From: an uncultured virus (IMG/VR IMGVR_UViG_3300015609_000147)
Lineage: Duplodnaviria; Heunggongvirae; Uroviricota; Caudoviricetes
Direction: 5' to 3' (one strand)
Virus record (IMG/VR): IMGVR_UViG_3300015609_000147
DNA length: 64,000 nt
Part shown: positions 8,734 to 19,014 of the stretch, in pieces
Layout: every line of letters begins with the position of its first letter
How positions within the stretch are numbered: position 1 is the stretch's first letter
Made by a program: the position numbers and the translations under genes
The notes under the pieces: model-generated
The model's input: only the letters and a program-made list of their open reading frames with translations
Told to the model about the DNA's origin: nothing
Database searches by the model: none

Positions 8734-10623
8734 TCAGGGACGGTCGACGCTGCCGCGCACCAAGTGCTCGAACTGGTAGTCGTCGGCCACAGCCTCGCTG
8801 GGCTGCACGGTGCGGATGAGGGCATGGGGGGCAATGCCGCCCTCGGTGTTGATGCGCAGCACGTTGCCGGCGCTCCAACCCTGGCCCCAGCCGAGGGCGC
8901 GGATCGTGATGTAGGGCACGCCGCTGATCGGGTTGATGGGCGCGAAATCCACGTTGGTGGAGCCCGTGCCCAGGTTGCCGACGTGCTCGCCGATGAACTC
9001 GAAGGTTGTCGCGCTGGTGAAGCGGCACATCCAGCGCTCGGGCAGCGCGCCGGCATTGGTGACGAGCAGGGGCGCGATGGTGTCGTTGTAGCTGGCGAGG
9101 GCCTCGGGACCATCGACCGTGTCCTGCCATTTGTTGGTCCAGGTGGCCTGGTCAAACATCTGGCTGACACGGGCGCGCAGCGTACCTGCCATCAGCGCGC
9201 TGGAGACCACGCTGCCAACAGGAAACTCATGACTGAGCTGCTTGGTGATCGCCAGCATGCCGTTGATCTGCACATCGCTGACCCGCGCCATCTCTTCGAT
9301 GCGGTGCTGGAAGGTCACGGGCTGGGACCAGCCCGTGATGTCGCTGACGGTGATCTTGCCGGCCTCCAGATCCACGCTCCAGCCCTGCTGGATACGCTGG
9401 CCATCGGCGCCGATGACATAGGCGCGCGAGAGCCGCACGCGGCCGCAGTTGATGACCTGGCCGTTGGCCACGGTGACGGGGCCGACCTGGCCTGTGTGGC
9501 CGATAACGATGTAGCTGCCCACGCGGTAGATGGGCACGCGGCCATCGGGCGGCAGCCGCACGGGGTCCAGGCCGATGACGTCCGCGTCCAGCGGCAGGTA
9601 GAAGTAGCTGACGCTGTTGTAGCGCAGCGTGGTCGGGTCCACGGGCCAGGGGCGCCATATGCGGTTCGGCTGGACGGCGCCGATGTCATCGGCCGAATAC
9701 CACCATTCGGTCTTCTGGGCAGGGGTCAGCGAGGTGTCCAGCACATAGTCGCCAAACTGCAGCTCGACCACGCCGCTCTGATAGTCGATCTTGCCGCGCA
9801 GGTGCGTGCCCGAGATGACGCCATCGATGCCGGCCGATGCCGTGATCTGCTCGCCCGTGGCATCGGACAGGTTCATGACAAAGCCGCTGGGCTTGATGGG
9901 TGCGGCGGCTGTGCGCATGAAGATGCTGGCCGTGGTCCAGTTCTGGCGCACGGTCCACAGGCTCTCGACAGCCAGGTCGGTGGCCGGGCCATCGACCACA
10001 TAGTCGAAGATCCGCGCTACGCCGCTGGAGTAGTCCAGCGCGCCAGCCACGATGCCCAGGGCCGTGGACGTACGGTCGCGCACCAGCACGCCGTCGTAGT
10101 CCTCGTAGACATGGCCCATCCACCGAAACCGCACGCTGCCCGGCACGATGTAGTCGGTGGTGTAGGGGCACAGGTCCAGCACCACCGGCTCGGGCGTGAA
10201 GTTCATGACATGGTGCTGGGCACTGGCGAAGTCCTCTGCGTAGGTCACCGTCACCGTGCTCGCCGCCAGCAGTTCCTCGCTGACCGAGGTATCGCTGCGA
10301 TCACCGCCCTTGGAGACCGTCGAAAAGCTCGGGTCACTACCACCGCCGCCCATCGTGGTCTCTTCAAAGCTCAGGGCATTTTCATAGTCGCTGTTGTAGC
10401 CCTCGGTCTTGCTGTCCAGCTGGACAAACTTGATGTTGAGGAACTTGCCCGCGTAGTTGATGGTGCCATCCGGGCCGAACGTGCCCTGGCCGTCATCGGT
10501 CAACAGGTGGCGCACGGTGTCTTGGGTCTTGCTGGTCTGGTAGCTGGACCGGCTGTGCGTGGACGACGAGCTGGCCGAGGTCTTGGTGGTCTGCAAGACG
10601 ATGCCAGAGGAAACTCCTGCCAT
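8734..10623 (-). CDS. Large tail protein, downstream part
   Basis: 629 aa with own RBS (AAGGAAG), start MAGVSSG, repeated G.IDY.SG motifs. Confidence 0.75.
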   Translation of the reverse strand: MAGVSSGIVLQTTKTSASSSSTHSRSSYQTSKTQDTVRHLLTDDGQGTFGPDGTINYAGKFLNIKFVQLDSKTEGYNSDYENALSFEETTMGGGGSDPSFSTVSKGGDRSDTSVSEELLAASTVTVTYAEDFASAQHHVMNFTPEPVVLDLCPYTTDYIVPGSVRFRWMGHVYEDYDGVLVRDRTSTALGIVAGALDYSSGVARIFDYVVDGPATDLAVESLWTVRQNWTTASIFMRTAAAPIKPSGFVMNLSDATGEQITASAGIDGVISGTHLRGKIDYQSGVVELQFGDYVLDTSLTPAQKTEWWYSADDIGAVQPNRIWRPWPVDPTTLRYNSVSYFYLPLDADVIGLDPVRLPPDGRVPIYRVGSYIVIGHTGQVGPVTVANGQVINCGRVRLSRAYVIGADGQRIQQGWSVDLEAGKITVSDITGWSQPVTFQHRIEEMARVSDVQINGMLAITKQLSHEFPVGSVVSSALMAGTLRARVSQMFDQATWTNKWQDTVDGPEALASYNDTIAPLLVTNAGALPERWMCRFTSATTFEFIGEHVGNLGTGSTNVDFAPINPISGVPYITIRALGWGQGWSAGNVLRINTEGGIAPHALIRTVQPSEAVADDYQFEHLVRGSVDRP

Positions 10624-10643
10624 GGTTTTTCTTCCTTGATTGA

Positions 10644-12506
10644 TCAGGCGCCCCAGCGCCGGTATTCCACGCCGCCGATGGACTTGACGCCCGCCGTGTA
10701 CTCGGCATCCGTCCAGACCACGCCATCGACATCGGGCGGCACGTACTGATTGCCCGTGGGCGAGCTGGTGGCGCCGACCTCGATGTAGACGGACCCGCCG
10801 CTGGCGCGCGCCCCGCCCTGGGCCATGTACTTGCCCGTGGTCGAGCCATCGGACAGGGGCACGCGCGAGGTGATGACGGGCGCAGGCGCCGGGGGCACCT
10901 GAGGCAGGTAGCTGAATTTGCCGCTGCCGCCGTTTTTGGAGGCCGAGGTGCCACCGGATGAGGCGCCGGAGCTGGCCGAGAGATTGCGCACTGTGATCCA
11001 TCCCACGGACACGGTGCCGGGCGCAGGGATGGTGTCCAAGGTGATCGCACCGTAGCCGCCTGCGTCGAGGACGACCGTGACGTTCTTGCTCACTGTCACG
11101 GCATAGTCGTACTCAATGGCGAACTGCCCACCTGCGTCGATCATGAATTGCGGGCGCAGCAGCAGCGCGGCCGAGGCGTAGTTGATCTCGCCCGTGGCGG
11201 CGCCCTGCAGGTCGCCCTGGCCATTGTCCGTGGCCGTGCGCAGCACGCCGCCTGAGGTCCACTTGATGACCAGAGAGCCCGGTTTGATGCCCTGGTGCGG
11301 CAGGCGCATGGCGTGCTCGGGCAGCCGCCAACCCGTGGCACTGGAGCGGTTCACGAAGGCCGAGGCCTCACCCCACTGGAAGATGATGGAGCTGCCCACG
11401 TCTGGCAGTGCGGGCAGCGTCACGGACACCGAGCCGTTCGCATAGTTGACCGTGCCCACGGCCGAGCCCGTCAGCTCGCCCTGGCCGTTGTCGGATGCGG
11501 TGTACCAGACGCCCATCACCTGGAACGACACCACCAGGGTGTTCGGCGCCGGAAAAGGCTTGAGGATGGCCACCCAGCTGAAACTGCGGTTTTCCTGGCC
11601 AACCTTGATGCGGCGCGTGTGCGGCGCATTGGGCACGCGGATCTCGCGCGGCGAGGTGGCGAGCACCAACTCCCGCACGCCGGCCGGGCGCTGGTCCAGC
11701 GCCGCGGTCTCGGTGCGGGAGTTGGGCACCAGCTGGGTGTAGATGCTGGCCACGCGCAGCATGCTCTCGCCCAACTGCACAGCAGAGGTCAGCGGCTGCG
11801 CGCCATAGAAGCTGGCCGCGTCCGCCACGGTCGTGTCCCGGATGCGTGTCTTGCTGGCGTCCACCGCATAGCCACGGTTTGGAGGCGACCCAGGGAATGC
11901 GCTGCGCAGCCGGGGGGTTATCTCGCACGTTGTGACGCTGGCGGTGTAGTCCGTGTAGCCGCCGCTGCTTGAGTAGGAAAACTGCAGTGTCTCGGTCTCG
12001 GCGCGCAGCACGCGCACGTACTGCAGCACCTGGCTGGCCAAGCCCTCGTTGTAGACGAGGATCAGCGTGCGGCCGATGGTCGGCGCTGGCGTTCCGGGCC
12101 GGTGGAAGATCTTGATGGAGGCCTGGCCCTGGACGTGGTTCTCCAGCAGGTAGCCACCCCACTCCGTGCCCGGGATGAGGTAGGCCGCGATGGCGGCGGC
12201 GATTTCAGAACGGCGCGCGAACACGCCGCAGGGCGCGATGGTGATGGACACATTCGGGTCGTTGGGCACGGCCGTGATGACGATGTTGGCGTCCATCAGT
12301 GGCTCGGTGGTGGGCGTTTGCACAGCCGCGTGCACCTGGCGAATGGACACGTCGCCGCCGGCGCGGTCGACCTCGGTGATGTCCTCGAAGACGCCATTGC
12401 TCTTGCCCCAGGGGATGACGTTGCCAGTGGGGCCGCCGCCGCCGTTGGCGTCATCGGTCATCACCTTGGATTCGAGCAGGCGGATGTCGCCGTCTTTGAT
12501 GGTCAT
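10644..12506 (-). CDS. Large tail protein, upstream part
   Basis: 620 aa, MTIKDGDIRLL..., repeated DNGQG.L.G...G.I/VNY motifs. Confidence 0.75.
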   Translation of the reverse strand: MTIKDGDIRLLESKVMTDDANGGGGPTGNVIPWGKSNGVFEDITEVDRAGGDVSIRQVHAAVQTPTTEPLMDANIVITAVPNDPNVSITIAPCGVFARRSEIAAAIAAYLIPGTEWGGYLLENHVQGQASIKIFHRPGTPAPTIGRTLILVYNEGLASQVLQYVRVLRAETETLQFSYSSSGGYTDYTASVTTCEITPRLRSAFPGSPPNRGYAVDASKTRIRDTTVADAASFYGAQPLTSAVQLGESMLRVASIYTQLVPNSRTETAALDQRPAGVRELVLATSPREIRVPNAPHTRRIKVGQENRSFSWVAILKPFPAPNTLVVSFQVMGVWYTASDNGQGELTGSAVGTVNYANGSVSVTLPALPDVGSSIIFQWGEASAFVNRSSATGWRLPEHAMRLPHQGIKPGSLVIKWTSGGVLRTATDNGQGDLQGAATGEINYASAALLLRPQFMIDAGGQFAIEYDYAVTVSKNVTVVLDAGGYGAITLDTIPAPGTVSVGWITVRNLSASSGASSGGTSASKNGGSGKFSYLPQVPPAPAPVITSRVPLSDGSTTGKYMAQGGARASGGSVYIEVGATSSPTGNQYVPPDVDGVVWTDAEYTAGVKSIGGVEYRRWGA

Positions 12507-12922
12507 AGGGTTTCGCTCGCCTCAATAAAGCGCAGCACTAGGCTGCAGTAGTAGTCGCTGTCTTCGGGGTCGCTGTACTCGATGACCGACTGCATCGCGA
12601 TGGCCCGCGTCTCCTCGGCGTCGCCGTGGTCGAAGACGACCTCGAATTCCTCGGCCAGGATGCGCAGCGTCATGCGCAGCCCGGGAATGCCGGACCAGGC
12701 CTTTAGCGTGCGCAGCGTGGCGCGCGAGATCCAGGCGCTGTTGCCGTCGCCCTGCAGCGTGATCGGCTGGCCCCCGTTGCGGGCCATGGCATCGATGACC
12801 AGCGTGCCGAAGATGCCGCGCTCGGTCTTCTGGGTGACCTTCGACCAGGTCAGCTCGTCCACCCAGACCAGGTCACGCGGCAGCTCCAGCACCTGGGCGC
12901 CGTTGGACAAATAAATGCTCAT
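12503..12922 (-). CDS. Distal-tail-like protein
   Basis: 139 aa immediately after the tape measure gene. Confidence 0.65.
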   Translation of the reverse strand: MSIYLSNGAQVLELPRDLVWVDELTWSKVTQKTERGIFGTLVIDAMARNGGQPITLQGDGNSAWISRATLRTLKAWSGIPGLRMTLRILAEEFEVVFDHGDAEETRAIAMQSVIEYSDPEDSDYYCSLVLRFIEASETL

Positions 12923-12926
12923 GAGG

Positions 12927-15900
12927 TCAGGCTCCCAGCTGGATCTTCTGCTGCTCGATCACGCGCAGCACCTCGCGGGCCAGCGCCTCGATGGACTGTT
13001 GGCCCGTCAGGTTGGTGGGAACGGGGTAGGCCATGCTGTTGCCGATATAGATGTTCACGATGCGGTCGATGCGCCCACCACCACCTTCGCCACCACCGCC
13101 GCCTCCTTGCCCACCGCCGCCAGTACCGCCGCCACCAACCTCGCCTTCGGCCTTCTTCTTGGCGGTCTCCATGGCTTCGCGGATCTTCAGCGCGTCAAGT
13201 TCCCGGTCGAACTCGAACATGGTGAGATCGCGCATGTAGTTGCCCAACTGCCCGGCCGTTGTACGGAACGGGTTGTCACGCTCGTACTGCTCCAGCCATG
13301 CCTGTTTCCAGGCCTCGGCCTCCTCCCGGCTGTTGAACGTGGGCACAAGATCCTGGGCAGCGGTCGTGCCCCTGTTCATGTACTTGGAGTCGTCGACCTC
13401 GCGGTTGCGGTTGTCCTGACGCTGCTGGAAGGCTGCGCTCAGCATCTGCCCCTGCTTGACCAGTTGCTGGACCTTGTCGGAGACCTTGTCTGCCTCAATG
13501 CCCATGCTGCGCAGCACCTCGGCCGCCGTGCGGCCCAGCTTCTTGAAGGAGTCGCCCGCGTCATCCGTGGAGCGGCGCAAGTCCCCCATGGCCTTGAGCG
13601 TGGCCCGTCCTGTCTCGTCCACCTCGATCTTGAAGCCGCGCACCGCAGCCATGGACTTGACCCATTCGGGCGCAATGCCCTTGTTGGCGGCGATCGCGTC
13701 TTCGGCCGCCTTCTTGAAGCCTTCGCTCAATTCCCGGGCACTGGCCTTGCCGGAGGCCACCATGAATTCATAGGCAGATCGCGAGCTGCTCGCCACTTGC
13801 TTGAGCGCCTCATCTGAGGTGATGCCCAGCGCCTTCATGGCCTCGCGCAGGCTGTTGATGCCTGGCTTGGCCTTGTCCAGGGCATCGGACAATTCCAGCG
13901 CCTTGGTCTTCGCCTGGTCGAGGAGTCCGTCCGCCACCTTGTCGCCCAGGACCTTGCGCAGTTGCTCGACGCGCACACGCACCTCGTCGAGGGCCTTCTG
14001 GCTGTCGGCGGTGTTGATGGCCTTGACCAGGCTGGCCTCGAGCACGCGGCCGGTGTCAATGCCCTGCTGCTTGAGGCGATCGAGGCCTCGGATCACGACA
14101 TCAAGATCATTCAGCGCGCTGCGCGACGCCTTGCCAATGCCGCCCTCCAGGGCGGTGAACTCCAGCCCCGTGCGCTGCACGGCGGCGCGCAGGACGTTGT
14201 CCATCATCTCGGCCACGCGCTCACCCTCGCGCGTGGCCGCCGCCAGGGCGCCCTGCAGGCGTTGGCGCAGGGCATTGACCACTTCCTCGGAGGCACCGGC
14301 CTGAATGGCCTCCTCGATCTGCTTGCCCAGCTTCCTGGCATCGCTCCCCGCACTGGCGAAGGCCTGGCGCGCCAGGATCTCGAACTTCATGAGATCCTGG
14401 CCTTCGAGTGCCTTGGCCCAGGCGCCCTGGAACTCGCTCGCACTGATCTTGCCGTCCTCGACCAGCTTGTCGAGCACGGCCGAAGCATTGCGGATGCCTG
14501 GCGCCGACCCCAGATCGAAATCCTTGCCGATCTTGGAGATGGCCTCGGCCGCCGTATCGCCCTCCTTGCGCAGCTTGTCGAACTGGCCAATCAGGCCCGT
14601 CGACTCCTTGTTCAGATCGAAGCTGCGATTGCGCACCTCCTCCAGGGCCACGGCCTGGCGGCGCAGGGCCTCGGCCTGCTGCCTGGCAGCCTCTTCGGCC
14701 AGGCGAGCCTGCGCTTCGTTTTCCTTGAGCGCATCGCTGTGCCCCATGACCTTGGCAGCCGTTTCGCCCATCCACGTGCCGAGCTTCTTCAGCTCAGGCA
14801 AGAAAGCGACGACGGCAACAGCCAATCCCACAGGGCCACCCAGAAACCCCGTGACAGCCCCTATGCCCCGTCCAAGCAGCCCGACCTTGCCAGTGGCGGC
14901 CGTTGCGGCGGCCCCCAAGGCACCCTTCGCGGCCGTCGCCGTGGTCAATGCGGCAGTGCTGCGGGCGGTCTGGCGCTGCAGCTCGCCCTGCGACACGCTG
15001 ACACCCTTGAGGGCATCGCCGAACCCTGCCCAGGACTTGGCATTCGCAGCCTGTGCCGCCGTACTGGCAGCCGAGGCCGTGGCGTTTGCCGCCTGGGCCG
15101 CCGCACTGGCGTTCACCGCAATGGCATTGGCGCGGTGCGCAGCCGTGTTCGCGGTGGTGGCCACGCTGTTGGCCTCGACCGCTTGCGTGGCCGCCAGCGT
15201 CTTGGCCGCCCAGCCCGCGAACCATTCCGCGATCTTGGCGATCTGCATGGCGCCCCAGACCTTGCCGGCCGCCGTCAGCGTGTTGACCAGGATGTCGAGG
15301 TTGCCGGCCAGGGCGTCGATGACCTTGGCTGCGTTCGTGCTGCTGATCAGCCCCTTGTCGGCTGCGCCCACATACAGGGTCCACTGCGTGGAAAGATTCT
15401 GCAGGGCACGGCCCACGGTGGGCGGCAGCTTGCCGTACTCGCGCGCCACGACATCTGCCTGGCCCTCCAGGGCCTTCATGACGGTTTCCGCCGTCAGGGC
15501 GCCCTGCCCGGCCATCTCCCGCAGCTCGCCCGTGGTGACGTTCAGACCCTTGGCCAGCGCCTCCGCCAGGCGCGGAGCCTGCTCCATCACGCTGTTGAAT
15601 TCTTCGCCGCGCAGTACACCCGACTGCAGGCCCTGGATCAGCTGCGTCAGCGCGGCCCTGGCGGACTCGGCCGCGCCGCCCGACAGTTGCGTGGCCTGGT
15701 TGATGGTGGTGGTCAGCCGCAGCGCCCGCTCCTGCGCGGCGGCTGCAGCCATGCCCCCCTCCTGCGAGGCTTTGGTCAGGCGCGCGAACAGGTTGCCGGT
15801 TTCCTCCAGCGAGCTGTTGGTCGCCAGGGCCACGCGCTGCACGCCGCCGAAGGACTTCTCAAACAGTGGGCCTTCACCCGTGGCGAGCTTGACACGGGCC

Positions 15901-16850
15901 TCAAGGTTCTTGAATTCGTCGGCCGTCGCGCCTACGTCCTTGATCAGACCACCGAAGTAGCCACCGCCAATCGCCAGCGTGGCGATCTGCTGGATGCGCT
16001 GCAGCTGCGAGCTGATCGATGACATGCCCTCGCGCAGCGTGCGCTGGTTCGCTGCCTGCACCTGGGTGGACTGCGAGGATGCTGCAGCGGCCTGCTGGTA
16101 GGCCGGAGCCATGGCTGCCACCGCTGCGCGGACCTGCTGCACGGCGCCCTGCAAGTTGCGCTCCTGCGCCGTCAGGTTCGTGGTGCTCAGGCCCACGGCC
16201 TGCATCTGGTCGCGAACGGCGGCCAGTGTGCCGTTCTTGACGCGCAGCTCGCTCGACAGCTTCGCGGCGCTGCCGATGGCCAAGTCATATTCCTTGCGCA
16301 GGGCAGCCTCGGCGTTCTGCGCCGTAGTCGCCGCCTGGGCCGCTTCGCGCTGGCCGGCCTGCTGAGACTTCAGCTCGGCGGTCGCAGCCTTGATGCCCTC
16401 CTTCAGGCCCGCAACAGTATTGCGGTAGTCGTCCGTGCGCCTGGCTGTTCCCGTGGTCTCATCGCGCACGGCCTTGAGGGCGTCGCGCTTGCGCTGCAGC
16501 TCAGCCTGGGCCTGTAGGGTTGCGGCTGCAGCCGTCTTTTCGGCGGCAGCCAGCGTCTGGGACTTGCCGGCAGCGTCCTGCACTTCGTTGCCCAGGCGAT
16601 CGACGGTGGAGACAGCCTTCTCGAACTCCTGCGACAGAGACTGCGTCTGCAGCTTCAATGCCCCGAATTCGCCCAGCGCTCGCTGCTTGGCGCCCAGCGC
16701 CTCGAGGGCCTGGGCTGCGTCCTGGGCGCTTTTCTGCAGATCGCCCTCGAGCACATCCCCGACATCCCGCAGCGTCTTCGCCAGTTGCTCGGCATCGGCC
16801 TCGCCCTTGACGGCGGCTTCGATGTCGTATTTGATCTTTGGGTCTGCCAT
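12927..16850 (-). CDS. Tail tape measure protein
   Basis: 1307 aa, Ala-rich helical; QLIQGLQSGVLRGEEFNSVMEQAP tape-measure motif. Confidence 0.95.
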   Translation of the reverse strand: MADPKIKYDIEAAVKGEADAEQLAKTLRDVGDVLEGDLQKSAQDAAQALEALGAKQRALGEFGALKLQTQSLSQEFEKAVSTVDRLGNEVQDAAGKSQTLAAAEKTAAAATLQAQAELQRKRDALKAVRDETTGTARRTDDYRNTVAGLKEGIKAATAELKSQQAGQREAAQAATTAQNAEAALRKEYDLAIGSAAKLSSELRVKNGTLAAVRDQMQAVGLSTTNLTAQERNLQGAVQQVRAAVAAMAPAYQQAAAASSQSTQVQAANQRTLREGMSSISSQLQRIQQIATLAIGGGYFGGLIKDVGATADEFKNLEARVKLATGEGPLFEKSFGGVQRVALATNSSLEETGNLFARLTKASQEGGMAAAAAQERALRLTTTINQATQLSGGAAESARAALTQLIQGLQSGVLRGEEFNSVMEQAPRLAEALAKGLNVTTGELREMAGQGALTAETVMKALEGQADVVAREYGKLPPTVGRALQNLSTQWTLYVGAADKGLISSTNAAKVIDALAGNLDILVNTLTAAGKVWGAMQIAKIAEWFAGWAAKTLAATQAVEANSVATTANTAAHRANAIAVNASAAAQAANATASAASTAAQAANAKSWAGFGDALKGVSVSQGELQRQTARSTAALTTATAAKGALGAAATAATGKVGLLGRGIGAVTGFLGGPVGLAVAVVAFLPELKKLGTWMGETAAKVMGHSDALKENEAQARLAEEAARQQAEALRRQAVALEEVRNRSFDLNKESTGLIGQFDKLRKEGDTAAEAISKIGKDFDLGSAPGIRNASAVLDKLVEDGKISASEFQGAWAKALEGQDLMKFEILARQAFASAGSDARKLGKQIEEAIQAGASEEVVNALRQRLQGALAAATREGERVAEMMDNVLRAAVQRTGLEFTALEGGIGKASRSALNDLDVVIRGLDRLKQQGIDTGRVLEASLVKAINTADSQKALDEVRVRVEQLRKVLGDKVADGLLDQAKTKALELSDALDKAKPGINSLREAMKALGITSDEALKQVASSSRSAYEFMVASGKASARELSEGFKKAAEDAIAANKGIAPEWVKSMAAVRGFKIEVDETGRATLKAMGDLRRSTDDAGDSFKKLGRTAAEVLRSMGIEADKVSDKVQQLVKQGQMLSAAFQQRQDNRNREVDDSKYMNRGTTAAQDLVPTFNSREEAEAWKQAWLEQYERDNPFRTTAGQLGNYMRDLTMFEFDRELDALKIREAMETAKKKAEGEVGGGGTGGGGQGGGGGGEGGGGRIDRIVNIYIGNSMAYPVPTNLTGQQSIEALAREVLRVIEQQKIQLGA

Positions 16851-16873
16851 GTTGGGCGCTCAGAGGTCAGGTA

Positions 16874-17056
16874 ATGAAGGGATTGATCTGGTGCATCGCA
16901 CTGGTGTGCGCGGGTTTGCCGCTGGCCCTGCTGGGCCTGTGGCTGGATTCCGAGCGCCTGATGGCGATCGGCGCCGGGGCCATCGCCACCGTGGTGGTGG
17001 GATGGCCGGTGCTGCTGCTGATGGGCGCGGTACAGACGTCTGCACCGCGCCGCTGA
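16874..17056 (+). CDS. Small 2-TM membrane protein antisense to the late operon
   Basis: 60 aa MKGLIWCIALV..., two hydrophobic helices, GAGG RBS, fills the intergenic gap. Confidence 0.7.
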   Translation: MKGLIWCIALVCAGLPLALLGLWLDSERLMAIGAGAIATVVVGWPVLLLMGAVQTSAPRR

Positions 17057-17833
17057 TCAGTCGCCTGCAGTCGGGAGACGGACCTCGTAGCCCTCGGTCT
17101 TTCCGGGCGGCGTGACGATCTTTCCGGTCAGCGTGATGGCCGAGTAGTCCGAGCCCAGGAAGTCGAAACCGTTGTTGGCGCCCAGCACGCATTCGTGGAC
17201 GTCCGCTTCGATAGGCGACCCGTCGACCATGTTCTTTCCATCGAAGCGCGCCTGGCAACGCACCTGGGTGACACGCCCGCCCAGGATCTTCTTGCCGTCG
17301 ACAGCCTGGTACGTCGCGGACAGCTTCACCACATCGTTCTTGGCAGGCGCGCCGGCGGCCGCAAGTACACGGATCTCCCCGCGCAGCCAGTTGACCTCGT
17401 AGTGGGTGCCAAGGACAAAAGGATCGCCTGCGCCATCAGGAGCGAGAGAGAAGCCCTGCTCCACCAGGTTGCGCTTACCCACTGCCAACCAGACGCCCAC
17501 GGCGCTGATCGTCATTTCCTGAGCGGTGATCGTGCCGGCGCCCTGGGTGAGCTTCGCGACCAAGCCCTGGAACTGCATCGCCATGGCGGTCGTGCTGGCG
17601 GCCGACAGCTCGATGGTGATCTCGGTGGGCTTGGGCAGCACCACCGAGGCCCGGGCCTGGCCATAGTCGAGGTGCGACCGGGATTCCGAGACCTTCTCCT
17701 CGAAATTGGGCTTGATCTCGAACTTGTCGGCATCCAGTGGTGGCCCGAAACCGTCATAGGCCAGTGTGGCCGTGTTCCAGGGGTTCAGCGAGACAAGGCC
17801 GCCGGCCAGGATGGCACGTGCTGTGGTGGACAT
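17057..17833 (-). CDS. Major tail tube protein
   Basis: 258 aa MSTTARAIL..., GGAAGGA RBS, position upstream of tape measure. Confidence 0.8.
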   Translation of the reverse strand: MSTTARAILAGGLVSLNPWNTATLAYDGFGPPLDADKFEIKPNFEEKVSESRSHLDYGQARASVVLPKPTEITIELSAASTTAMAMQFQGLVAKLTQGAGTITAQEMTISAVGVWLAVGKRNLVEQGFSLAPDGAGDPFVLGTHYEVNWLRGEIRVLAAAGAPAKNDVVKLSATYQAVDGKKILGGRVTQVRCQARFDGKNMVDGSPIEADVHECVLGANNGFDFLGSDYSAITLTGKIVTPPGKTEGYEVRLPTAGD

Positions 17834-17898
17834 GGTGATTTCCTTCCAAAAAAACAAAACCCGCGCGAGGCGGGCAATCTGCTGAGTCGATCCGACGC

Positions 17899-18360
17899 CT
17901 ATGTCGGATCGCGGTAGGCGAGCGTGAACAGGCCCAGAACCAGGGCGCCGCCCACGTCGATGTTTTCGAGCTGGTAGCGCACCTCGCCCTCGGCCATGCC
18001 GCCGCCCTCGATCTCGATGCCCATCTGCGTGAGCAGCGGCATGCACTCGAGCACGGCACGCTTGGCGACGCGGTAGTCGGCATGGGCCTGCTCGCGTGCG
18101 GCTTCCACCCGGCTGATGACACCGAGGGAGAATCTGTAGGAGCGTCGGGGACGCTGGCCGGGCTGGTCGCCCCTGGGCTTGTCCGCCTGGTCCTCCACGA
18201 ACAGCACCCGCCCGCCTGTCTTCAGGTCGGCAGCGGCCAAGGGGTTGTCGCGCAACACAGCACCCTGCAGACCTGGTGCAGCCTGCAGCGCCTGGTAGAC
18301 GGTGCGCCCGATCACGAAAGGCGCGCCATAGCGCAGCACGTCAGGATGGGGCTGGCTCAT
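17899..18360 (-). CDS. Tail completion/terminator-like protein
   Basis: 153 aa, position before the tail tube gene. Confidence 0.6.
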   Translation of the reverse strand: MSQPHPDVLRYGAPFVIGRTVYQALQAAPGLQGAVLRDNPLAAADLKTGGRVLFVEDQADKPRGDQPGQRPRRSYRFSLGVISRVEAAREQAHADYRVAKRAVLECMPLLTQMGIEIEGGGMAEGEVRYQLENIDVGGALVLGLFTLAYRDPT

Positions 18361-18692
18361 GGCTGCACGCTGCCCAGCAGCGCCTCCATCTCAGATCCAT
18401 CGTTGACGCGCTTCGGCTCGGCCAGTACGCGGAAACGGTCACCGATCCGCACGCCGATGGTGGGCTCATCGGCCAGCATGATCAGCACATCGCGCTCGCG
18501 CAGTTCGTGCATCGAGGGCAGCCGCAGCGTGCGCTCTGCAGCGAAGACCCGGCCATCCAGGGCCTCGTCGTCCATGACGCCGAGAATCCCTGCGGCCGAG
18601 CCCACGACAGCGCCCTGGCGCTCGATGGAGAACGTCAGGGCGAAGTCGTCGCCGTAGAACACCTCGCGCAGATCGCGGTCGAGGTCCAGCAT
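18357..18692 (-). CDS. Head-tail joining protein (gpFII-like)
   Basis: 111 aa, F..DDFA start, position after the capsid genes. Confidence 0.65.
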   Translation of the reverse strand: MLDLDRDLREVFYGDDFALTFSIERQGAVVGSAAGILGVMDDEALDGRVFAAERTLRLPSMHELRERDVLIMLADEPTIGVRIGDRFRVLAEPKRVNDGSEMEALLGSVQP

Positions 18693-18694
18693 GG

Positions 18695-19009
18695 TCAGGC
18701 CTTTCCGCCCTTGGCCTGCTCAGCTGCTGCCTTCTCAGCGGCCAGGCGCTCGGCTTCGGCCTGCTCGGCCGCTACCTTCTCGGCAGCCAGGCGCTCGGCT
18801 TCGGCCCTCTCGGTTGCCGCCTCCTCGGCAGCCTGGCGCTCGGCTTCGGCCTTCTCGGCTGCAGCACGGGCTGCGTCGATCGCTGGGTCCTCCAGCACGC
18901 CCAGCGCGACCAGAGCCGCGCCCTCGTCGGCCTTGAGCGTGATGGGGCTGCCCACGCTGTGGCGCTTCCCGTCATGCTTGACGGGCGACAGTACGGTGTA
19001 CTTCGGCAT
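18695..19009 (-). CDS. Small head-module protein with Ala/Glu repeats
   Basis: MPKYTVLSPVKHDG...; three ~15-aa repeats AEAERLAAEK.AAEQ. Confidence 0.7.
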   Translation of the reverse strand: MPKYTVLSPVKHDGKRHSVGSPITLKADEGAALVALGVLEDPAIDAARAAAEKAEAERQAAEEAATERAEAERLAAEKVAAEQAEAERLAAEKAAAEQAKGGKA

Positions 19010-19014
19010 GGCCG

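Noticed and set aside
13070..13145. CCG/CCA-rich low-complexity tract
   Set aside because: Encodes a Gly-rich linker near the tape measure C-terminus
18700..18870. 45-bp tandem repeats
   Set aside because: In-frame Ala/Glu/Lys helical repeats inside a coding sequence
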